From: an uncultured Chlamydiae bacterium
GTDB lineage: Bacteria > Chlamydiota > Chlamydiia > Chlamydiales > Parachlamydiaceae
Direction of reading: 5' to 3'
Assembly (NCBI GenBank): GCA_963754655.1
Contig: CAVWGN010000001.1
Location: 2,464,001-2,528,000 of the forward strand
DNA: 64,000 bases
Shown here: positions 55,750 through 64,000 of the stretch, piece by piece
Numbering within the stretch: position 1 is the stretch's first letter
Layout of the letters: each line of letters begins with the position of its first letter
Translations under genes and position numbers: made by a program
The notes under the pieces: model-generated
What the model was told of the DNA's origin: nothing
What the model saw: only the letters and a program-made list of their open reading frames with translations
The model's database searches: none

Positions 55750-57005
55750 TTAATTAAACAAACCATTGGTATAGAATTTGAGTTGCAAAAATCTGCTACA
55801 GCGAAGCACTTGCACATTTGGCAGCTTAGGCAGGCTTTGCAGATTAGAACATTCGCGGCAGTCAAGCTCTTGCACATTTGGTAGCTCAGGTAGGCTTTGC
55901 AGATTAGAACATCTGTTGCAGTTAAGCTTTTGCACATTTGGCAGCTCAGGCAGATATTGCAGACTAGTGCACCAGCTGCAGTCAAGCTCTTGCACATTTG
56001 GCAGCTCAGGCAGGCTTTGCAGGTTAGAGCATCCGCTGCAGTTAAGCTTTTGCACATTTGGCAGCTCAGGCAGGCTTTGCAGATTAAAGCATTCGTAGCA
56101 GTTAAGCTCTTGCACATTTGGCAGCTCAGGCAGGCTTTGCAGATTATAACATCCGCTGCAGTCAAGTTCTTGCACATTTGGCAGCTCAGGCAGGCTTTGT
56201 AGATTAAAGCACTTGCTGCAGTTAAGCTCTTGCACATCTAGCAGTTCAGGTAGGCTTTGCAGACCAGAACATTCGCTACAGTTAAGCTCTTGCACATTTG
56301 GCAGCTCAGGTAGGCTTTGCAGATTAGCACATCCGCTGCAGTCAAGTCTTATGAGACTACTTGCCTGATCTGGCAAATTTCTTATTTTATTCGATTTAAT
56401 TATTAATTGATTAAGATTTGGACACTGTTTAAATAATTCTTCAATATCGCTTTCCTCTACGTCCGGAAATTCTCTTAGGTTTGCTCCTGTCAAACCATGA
56501 TCGATCGCATACTGAACAGCCTCTTTTGCAGTGTTGCATCTATATTTTTTAAGAGAAACAAGCTGCTCGCTAGCCCATTCTTTTTCCTCATTTTTTGCAA
56601 TCTCGCTCAATTGCTTGGAAAGATGCATTATTTCCAATCCACTTTGAACTCCTCCCTTTTTATAAGGAATTTCAGAATCGCGTGGAGGAATATAAGAATA
56701 GATTTTCCTCCATAATTCTTCTGGCAATGGAGGGGGCTCGTTAGAGAACACGTTCTCAGGTTTGGCTCAGTGTCGTTATTTGCAGGTGAATTGGGATTGA
56801 CATAAGGAGGAAGATCTAATTCCTCGAGATCTAATTTTTTCCCTTTATACTGTCGATAAATAAAAAATAGAGCTGTGATTGCACCAAAAATTGCAAAAAC
56901 AACAGCCGCAATTTTTGCATATTTTTGAGTTGCTTCTGAAAAATAATTGCTAGTTGTCAAATTGCTTTTTAAATGTTGAAGATTAGAAGGAATAGATGGG
57001 AACAT
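55750..57005 (-). pseudogene. TM-F-box-LRR type A, about 10 repeats, with 1-nt deletion near 56761
   Basis: GGTTTGGC here versus GGTTTTGGC in paralogues; split into ORFs 56628-57005 and 55750-56751. Confidence 0.85.
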
Positions 57006-57534
57006 TAAGGCCTCTTATTGTTTAGTGACGAAGTTGTAAATTTAATTAAAAAAAACAATTTTTAAATTACATTGTTTGAAAGTTTAATTAATTCTTAAAT
57101 TAATTTCAATTTAATTTATAATATTTTCCAGTCAATACGCAGTTACGCAATGTAATCGATTTAAAGAAATTCAATGATGCTCTAAGCAGCGTTAACTGCC
57201 TACACATCAAGCTTAAGCTAAGAGAGGAAACCAGGCGGAGATATTATCAAAAGTTGTTGATTTTTAGAATAAGGAAAGCATAACCTCAATACATTTTCGA
57301 CAATTAATCAAAAATTTCAAAAAGAGGCAACGCCATAAAAGAGAGTGTCATAAGACCAGCGTGTTTTGTCCTAATAGGATATGAATGAAGAATGCTTGCA
57401 AGTGAATATGCCACAATTTCTCTTGTAGTCTTTCAGACTACGATAGGAGTGTGTCTTTTTCCCAGGCCGCTGGCTTGGGCTATTTCACTTTAGAGCCCTT
57501 CAGGCTCAAAACGCCTTGATTAGCCAGCCTAGAG

Positions 57535-58196
57535 CCGGGACTTAACAAAGAACTTTTTTGGGCTTGATATTCTTCATGTCAATTTAACAACACCCCGCCT
57601 GTAACAGGCTTTAAAGGCATACTTCCCGAAAATGACGGGAAAAACATCAAAGCCCAAAACAGTTCTTTGTTAAGCCCCGGTCATAGGCTAGGAAGGAAAT
57701 GCTTCTGGCAAACTCCAGAAGCTAAATTTGTCGCTCAAGCGGCGTTAGCCGCGCATGGATAGTAGCCGTGGGTGTAGGCGCAAGCCGGAACCCACGGTGT
57801 ATGGTAAAAAAAATGAAGCCACGTTAGTGGCGTAGGAAATTGATGGTGGAGCAATGTTTATTTAAACGAATGCTACGCCACTAACGTGGCTCAAATTTGT
57901 TTTTTGGGTAACCGTGGGTTTCGGCTTGCGCCTACACCCACGGCTACTATCCATGCGCGGCTAACGCCGCTCGTCGCTGAGGGAAAGGATATGGATCAGG
58001 CAACATTGCAAAAACAAAGATAAAAAATTCCGATTACCTAGCCATATGCCGGGACTTAACAAAGAACTGTTTTGGGCTTGATAATTTTTCGCGTCATTTT
58101 CGATAAATATGCCTCTAAATGCTGTTATAGGCGGGGCGTTGTTAAATTGATACGAAGAATATCAAGCCCAAAAACAGTTCTTTGTTAAGTCCCGGC
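57535..58196. repeat. Nested palindrome, family 2
   Basis: Two mutually inverted ~147-bp hairpins flank a central IR at 57738-57971. Confidence 0.88.
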
Positions 58197-58289
58197 CCAG
58201 AGCGAAGCGGCGTGGCGAATGAAGGCGTCGCTTAACCTAGCGCTCGCTCTTAGCTTGATCCGTATATCCTCCGAGATTAGGCTCAAAAC

Positions 58290-59400
58290 CTAATGTAACG
58301 AAGTATTAGATCTTATATACCTATCAAGAAGTGCCACAAGTTTTTTCTCATCAAAATGATTCATGATCTGAGCAATATAGAGATCGGGTCTAATCAAACA
58401 CATTCCATGCTTTTCCGCACAACCATACAATTTAGAAATAGAAAAATCACTGTCTAAAATGAGAGGGCAAAGGTTTGGATGAATCTCTTTAGGACTAATC
58501 AAGAAACAAGCGATTGTGTTCGAATAATTTTGCTGAACCTTTTCTATGAGCATCTTTAACTGACTGATATCCTCTTCTTGAATATATGATCCTGTAAATA
58601 ATAAAAGATTGTGATAAGGGTGGCGAAAATAATCATAAAGGCGTTGAGAGGAATTGGCAATAGACAGATCGGGAGCTCTTTCTCCTGGCTGAGGAGCCTC
58701 TTTTTTAACGTTCGTTTGATAATCAATAATGGGACTTTGCTTATAACGAATAGCAAGTTGAGTGATCATACTACTCAATTTACTTTTTAAAAATTGACTA
58801 CGTCCAATCACATTGTGGATTAAACTATCTCGAATGTTAAGCAATATAGAGTTTGAAACTGAACCCATCTTTGTTAATCTTTCTGTCACACGGATAATGC
58901 TCTTAATGATTGGGTAGCGCTCATCTTGGTAACTTTTTAATAATAAAAAAGGATAAGCTTGGCCTTTGATCACCAAAGCTAATTTCCAAGCCAGATTATA
59001 AGCATCTTGTATTCCTGTATTCATTCCTTGTCCTCCAGCGGGAGAATGGACATGAGCAGCATCGCCTGCAATAAAAACATTTCCTTGAGACATACGACTT
59101 GCAATTTTACTATGAATCCAAAATGGAGAGAGCCATACAATCGTTTTTACCTTGAAAAATCCTTTAGATCGATTATGAACAAGTTCTTGCATCTCTTCTG
59201 CAGTGGTTTTATTTCAATTCTTGCCTTCTCATATTCGCAATGACACGATAAAGATGATTTCCCAAGGGAAAACAAGCCAACACCTTCCCATTCCCCAAAA
59301 ATCCATCTCCTTTATCTTGAGATAAGGGATTCTCTAGTATCATATCAACTACTAAATATTCTTCTGGCAGATCTTCTCCTGAAAAAGGAATATGGCATTT
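58290..59400 (-). pseudogene. 5'-truncated, frameshifted FAD monooxygenase (second copy)
   Basis: Near-identical to 50602-51712, with indels near 59205-59225. Confidence 0.85.
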
Positions 59401-59703
59401 GGTTTTGTCGTTGAAAAGTTTGCCTTGTTTCTCAAGCGACTCTCTTTTCTTTTAGGAGAAGCGCATTTGTCAAAACATCCTTACGCATCCAATCCAATTC
59501 AAGAAAATTCGTCAATTTTTGGAACTTTTCTTGTGGGCCTTGGTGCTTTAATAGGTCTTCTCGCATTTATCAAATACAAGCATGTTGAAAAACAAATAGC
59601 ACAAGGAAAATATCAATTTTCTATTTTGTTAGAGATCATGTTGACACTTTCCGTGCTCGCTGTTGGCATTTTTCTTATCATTTACCTTCTTGAAAGTATT
59701 TGA
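59392..59703 (+). pseudogene. 5'-truncated yidH/DUF202 copy
   Basis: Lacks the ANERTFLAW N-terminus. Confidence 0.85.
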
Positions 59704-59780
59704 GACAACCCTTCCTGAAAAATTCATCTAGCTGGATGAAGCCATTCAACGGTAACTTCTTGCTCCTTTTAATAATTGAG

Positions 59781-61454
59781 TCAAGTTCGCAGATTAGAGC
59801 AGCCACTATAGTTAATCTTTTGCAACTTTGGTAGCTCAGGTAGGCTTTGCAGATGAACGCAATCGCTACAGTCAATCTTTTGCACATTTGGAAGCTCAGG
59901 AGGCAGGCTTTGCAGATTATTACACCGATTGCATTCAAGCACTTGAACCTTTGGCAGCTCAGGTAGGCTGTACAGATTGGAGCAAAAGTTGCATGTAAGC
60001 TCTTGTACGTTTGGCAGCTCAGGTAGGCTTTGCAGCTTATCGCAATAGCTGCAGTCAAGCTTTTGCACATTTGGCAGCGCAGGAGGCAGGCTTTGCAGAT
60101 TACGACAAGAGCTGCAGTCAAGCTTTTGCATATTTGGCAGCTCAGACAGGCTTTGCAGATTGTGGCAAACGTGGCATGTAAGCTCTTGCACGTTTGGCAG
60201 CTCAGGTAGGCTTTGCAGCTTATAGCAATAGCTGCAGTCAAGCTTTTGCACATTTGGCAACTCAGGAGGCAGGCTTTGCAGCTTGTCGCAAAATCTACAG
60301 TCAAGCACTTGCACATGTGGCAACTCAGGCAGGTTTTGCAGATTACGACAATAGGTGCAGTCAAGCTTTTTCACCTTTGGCAGCTCAGGTAAGTTTTGCA
60401 GATTATAGCACTGGCTACAGTTAAGCTTTTGCACATTTGGCAGCTCGGGCAGGCTTTGCAGATCATAGCAATCGCTACAGTAAAGCTTTTGCACATTTGG
60501 CAGCTCAGGTAGGCTTTGCAGCTTAGAGCAAGTGCTGCAGTAAAGCTTTTGCACCTTTGGCAACTCAGGTAAGTTTTGCAGATTAAAGCATCCGCGGCAG
60601 TCCAGCTTTTGCACATTTGGCAGCTCAGGCAGGCTTTGCAGATTATGACATCTGCGACAGTAAAGCATTTGCATATTTGGCAGCTCAGGTAGGCTTTTCA
60701 GATTAGAACATCCACTGCAGTCAAGCCTTATGAGACTACTTGCCTGATCGGGCAAATTTCTTATGTTATCCGATTTAATCATTAATTGATTAAGATCTGG
60801 ACACTGTTTAAATAATTCTTCAATGTCGCTTTCCTCTAAATCCGGAAATTCTCTTAGGTTTGCTCCTGTCAAACCATGATCGATCACATATTGGACAGCC
60901 TCTTTTGCAGTATTGCATTTATATTTTTTAAGAGAAACAAGCTCTTCGCTCGCCCATTTTTTTTCCTCATTTTTTGCAATCTTACTGAATTGCTTGGAAA
61001 GATACATATTTTCCAATCCACTTTGAACTCCTCCCTTTTTATAAGGAATGTCAAATTTACGTGGAGGAATATGGGAACAGACTTTACGCCATAATTTTTC
61101 TGTTAATTGAGGGAATTCAGTGCTAGTTTCTCGTTCAGCAAAATCAGGAACAATGGGTAAACAAGCAATGTCTTGTCTCTTTCTATTTATTTCCTCTTCT
61201 TCTTGTTTGGCTGCATTATCTAACAGATTTGCAGGTGAATTGGGATTGATATAACAAGGAAGATTTGATTCCTCGAGATCTAATTTTTTCCCTTTATACT
61301 GGCGATAAATAAAAAATAGAGCTGTGATTGCACCAAAAATTGCAAAAACAACAGCCGCAATTTTTGCATATTGTTGAGTTCCTTTTGAAAAATAACTGCT
61401 AGTTGTCAAATCGCTTTTTAACTGTTGAAGATTAGAAGGAATAAATGGGAACAT
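59781..61454 (-). CDS. TM-(degenerate F-box)-LRR protein, type B, about 16 repeats; C-cap clipped by a 1-nt deletion
   Basis: Paralogue of 52060-53643; ends SNLRT* instead of SNLRNLTQLLKGARSYR. Confidence 0.88.
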   Translation of the reverse strand: MFPFIPSNLQQLKSDLTTSSYFSKGTQQYAKIAAVVFAIFGAITALFFIYRQYKGKKLDLEESNLPCYINPNSPANLLDNAAKQEEEEINRKRQDIACLPIVPDFAERETSTEFPQLTEKLWRKVCSHIPPRKFDIPYKKGGVQSGLENMYLSKQFSKIAKNEEKKWASEELVSLKKYKCNTAKEAVQYVIDHGLTGANLREFPDLEESDIEELFKQCPDLNQLMIKSDNIRNLPDQASSLIRLDCSGCSNLKSLPELPNMQMLYCRRCHNLQSLPELPNVQKLDCRGCFNLQNLPELPKVQKLYCSTCSKLQSLPELPNVQKLYCSDCYDLQSLPELPNVQKLNCSQCYNLQNLPELPKVKKLDCTYCRNLQNLPELPHVQVLDCRFCDKLQSLPPELPNVQKLDCSYCYKLQSLPELPNVQELTCHVCHNLQSLSELPNMQKLDCSSCRNLQSLPPALPNVQKLDCSYCDKLQSLPELPNVQELTCNFCSNLYSLPELPKVQVLECNRCNNLQSLPPELPNVQKIDCSDCVHLQSLPELPKLQKINYSGCSNLRT

Positions 61455-61711
61455 TAAGGCCTCTTATTATTTAGTAACGAACTTCTAAAATTAATTAAAA
61501 GAAAAAATTTTTAAATTAACTTGTTTGGAAGTTTAATTAATCCATAAATTAATTTCAATTTAATTTATAATATTTTTTCAGTCAATACGCAGTTACGCAA
61601 TGTGATCGATTTAAAGAAATTCAGGCATAGTTCAAACAGTTTTTGATTGCTTAGATAGGTTATCACAAACTTTTAGCTAAAGAGCTATGCATCTATATTC
61701 CTGCAGTCACC

Positions 61712-62050
61712 TTAATGTGATAGTGATGCTACTTTCTTACGATGTACTTTAATTGGTTTAGCTTTATAAAGAGGTTTAATTGCCTTGGGTTGCTTTTCAT
61801 TTTCTTCCACCCATAGATCATATTTTTGCTGGAGATTTAGCCATAAATTTGGTGTTGTATCAAACGCCGCCGCTAAACGAACTGCGATGCTAGGAGTGAC
61901 CGCACCTTTACCTGAACGAATCTTGAAAAGTGTATTTCTTGATATTCCAAGGTTGTTCGCCAACTCCTGTAAATTCAAATTGAGAATCTTAATGTAATGC
62001 TCATCTAATATAGTTCCAGGATGAGTGGGCTTTCTTTTCTTATCGCTCAT
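61712..62050 (-). CDS. higA: HigA antitoxin
   Basis: PTHPGTIL, HTH, and WLNLQQKYDLW motifs. Confidence 0.92.
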   Translation of the reverse strand: MSDKKRKPTHPGTILDEHYIKILNLNLQELANNLGISRNTLFKIRSGKGAVTPSIAVRLAAAFDTTPNLWLNLQQKYDLWVEENEKQPKAIKPLYKAKPIKVHRKKVASLSH

Positions 62051-62058
62051 ATTGACTC

Positions 62059-62340
62059 CTAATGATAATCTACCAAGTCAACTTCATAAGCCTCACCATT
62101 CTCGAATTTGAAAATAATGGTCCAATTGCCATTGACATGCACTGAATAAAATTCTTTTAGATCTCCTTTTAGTGGATGAAAATCAGAACCAGGAAAATTC
62201 ATGTCCTTTGGATTAATAGCGGCATCAAGTCTATCTAGAATCAATTCTATCTTATTTGCAAGTGATGGAAAGATTCCTGATTTGTCTCCAGTTTCAAAAA
62301 ATTTTTTCAGTCCCTTATTCTTAAATTTTCTGATAGTCAT
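62059..62340 (-). CDS. higB: HigB toxin (RelE-like)
   Basis: FKNKGLKKFF, HPLKGD, SVHVNGNW and DYH end; ATG at 62340. Confidence 0.92.
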   Translation of the reverse strand: MTIRKFKNKGLKKFFETGDKSGIFPSLANKIELILDRLDAAINPKDMNFPGSDFHPLKGDLKEFYSVHVNGNWTIIFKFENGEAYEVDLVDYH

Positions 62341-62360
62341 TCCAATCTCCACTAAATACC

Positions 62361-62389
62361 AGTGTAACCTAAAAGGTTACATATGTCAA
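62361..62389 (-). promoter_or_regulatory. higBA promoter with palindromic operator
   Basis: TTGACA-17-TACACT overlapping TGTAACCT-N3-AGGTTACA (62363-62381). Confidence 0.85.
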
Positions 62390-62424
62390 TTGAGATTATC
62401 GGTAGCCTGCTAATCAGCCTCTTT

Positions 62425-62672
62425 TTATTTGGCTGCATTGTCTACAAGATTTGCAAATGAATGGGGATTGACATAAGGAGGAAGATCTGATTCCTCAGAT
62501 CTAATTTTCTCTTTAGAGTGGTAATAAATAAAAAATAGAACTGTGATTGCACCAAAAATTGCAAAAAAACCGCCGCAATTTTTGCATAATTTTGAGTTGC
62601 TTCTGAAAAATAACTGCTAGTTGTCAAATCGCTTTGTAACTGTTGAAGATTAGAGGGAATAAATGGGAACAT
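62425..62672 (-). pseudogene. Frameshifted N-terminal stub of an LRR-family gene
   Basis: MFPFIPSNLQQ... with several indels; similarity ends after the type-B LDNAAK segment. Confidence 0.85.
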
Positions 62673-62708
62673 TAAGGCCTCTTATTGTTTAGTGACGAAG
62701 CTGTAAAT

Positions 62709-64000
62709 TTAATTAAACAAACCATTGGTATAGAATTTGAGTTGCAAAAATCCGCTACAGCGAAGCACTTGCACATTTGGCAGCTTAGGCAGGCTTTGCA
62801 GATTAGAACATTCGCGGCAGTCAAGCTCTTGCACATTTGGTAGCTCAGGTAGGCTTTGCAGATTAGAACATCTGTTGCAGTTAAGCTTTTGCACATTTGG
62901 CAGCTCAGGCAGGCTTTGCAGATTAAAGCAAGAGTAGCAGTTAAGCTCTTGCACATTTGGCAGCTCAGGCAGGCTTTGCAGATCATAAAATTCGCGGCAG
63001 TTAAGCTTTTGTACATTTGGCAGCTCAGGCAGGCTTTGCAGATCATAGCAACCGCTGCAGTCAAGCTTTTGCACATTTGGCAGCTCAGGCAGGCTTTGCA
63101 GATTAGAGCAATAGCTGCAGTCAAGCTTTTGCACATTTGGCAGCTCAGGCAGGCTTTGCAGATTAAAGCATCTGCGACAGTAAAGCTTTTGTACATTTGG
63201 CAGCTCAGGCAGGCTTTGCAGATTAGAGCATCCGCGGCAGTTAAGCTCTTGCACATTTGGCAGCTCAGGCAGGCTTTGCAGATTAGAGCATCCGCGGCAG
63301 TTAAGCTCTTGCACATTTGGCAGCTCAGGTAGGCTTTGCAGATTAGCACATCCGCTGCAGTCAAGTCTTATGAGACTACTTGCCTGATCTGGCAAATTTC
63401 TTATTTTATCCGATTTAATTATTAATTGATTAAGATTTGGACACTGTTTAAATAATTCTTCAATGTCGCTTTCCTCTACGTCCGGAAATTCTCTTAGGTT
63501 TGCTCCTGTCAAACCATGATCGATCACATACTGGACAGCCTCTTTTGCAGTGTTGCATCTATATTTTTTAAGAGAAACAAGCTGCTCGCTAGCCCATTCT
63601 TTTTCCTCACTTTTTGCAATCTCGCTCAATTGCTTGGAAAGATGCATCTTTTCCAATCCACTTTGAACTCCTCCCATTTTATAAGGAATTTCAGAATCGC
63701 GTGGAGGAATATAAGAATAGATTTTCCTCCATAATTCTTCTGGCAATTGAGAAAGCTCGTTAGAGAACACGTTCTCAGGTTTTGGCTCAGTGTCGTTATT
63801 TGCAGGTGAATTGGGATTGACATAAGGAGGAAGATCTAATTCCTCGAGATCTAATTTTTTCCCTTTATACTGTCGATAAATAAAAAATAGAGCTGTGATT
63901 GCACCAAAAATTGCAAAAACAACAGCCGCAATTTTTGCATATTTTTGAGTTGCTTCTGAAAAATAATTGCTAGTTGTCAAATTGCTTTTTAACTGTTGAA
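62709..64000 (-). CDS. TM-F-box-LRR type A, about 11 repeats; start lies just beyond the window
   Basis: Frame open to the window edge; same N-terminus; ends FYTNGLFN. Confidence 0.88.
   Translation of the reverse strand, partial: QQLKSNLTTSNYFSEATQKYAKIAAVVFAIFGAITALFFIYRQYKGKKLDLEELDLPPYVNPNSPANNDTEPKPENVFSNELSQLPEELWRKIYSYIPPRDSEIPYKMGGVQSGLEKMHLSKQLSEIAKSEEKEWASEQLVSLKKYRCNTAKEAVQYVIDHGLTGANLREFPDVEESDIEELFKQCPNLNQLIIKSDKIRNLPDQASSLIRLDCSGCANLQSLPELPNVQELNCRGCSNLQSLPELPNVQELNCRGCSNLQSLPELPNVQKLYCRRCFNLQSLPELPNVQKLDCSYCSNLQSLPELPNVQKLDCSGCYDLQSLPELPNVQKLNCREFYDLQSLPELPNVQELNCYSCFNLQSLPELPNVQKLNCNRCSNLQSLPELPNVQELDCRECSNLQSLPKLPNVQVLRCSGFLQLKFYTNGLFN

Larger units (their letters stand above)
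57006..61454. repeat. Segmental duplication, copy 2 (no IS256)
   Basis: Matches 48180-53643 apart from the IS site. Confidence 0.95.

Noticed and set aside
52060..61454. Diversity-generating retroelement as the source of LRR variation
   Set aside because: No reverse transcriptase, no template/variable repeat pair and no evident adenine-specific pattern in the window
46460..63364. Cys-rich (MCKSLTAAD...) and antisense ORFs over the LRR genes, some ending in a TAATG overlap with the next gene
   Set aside because: Shadow frames of a 60-bp repeat; no RBS, and they are broken inconsistently between paralogues

Overview
AT-rich bacterial chromosome segment. Gene content and order (msbA-accA-hypothetical-IHF, groESL with CIRCE, cyoABCDE, F-box/LRR expansion) point to an environmental chlamydia (Parachlamydiaceae-like); this is inferred, not searched. 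About 1-38 kb is mostly housekeeping genes plus a six-repeat Myb-like protein. From tRNA-Asn (38.1 kb) the window turns accessory: a decayed toxin-antitoxin module, an IS-split F-box gene missing from the ORF track, the cyo operon, then an 18-kb amplified array of at least 7 TM-F-box-LRR genes. Their 60-bp CxxC repeats have a fixed framework with hypervariable positions and are exchanged between paralogues in blocks. Giant nested non-coding palindromes occur throughout, some with clear target-site duplications. Three of the four IS elements sit inside them, and a frameshifted HUH (IS200/RAYT-type) transposase remnant is present.
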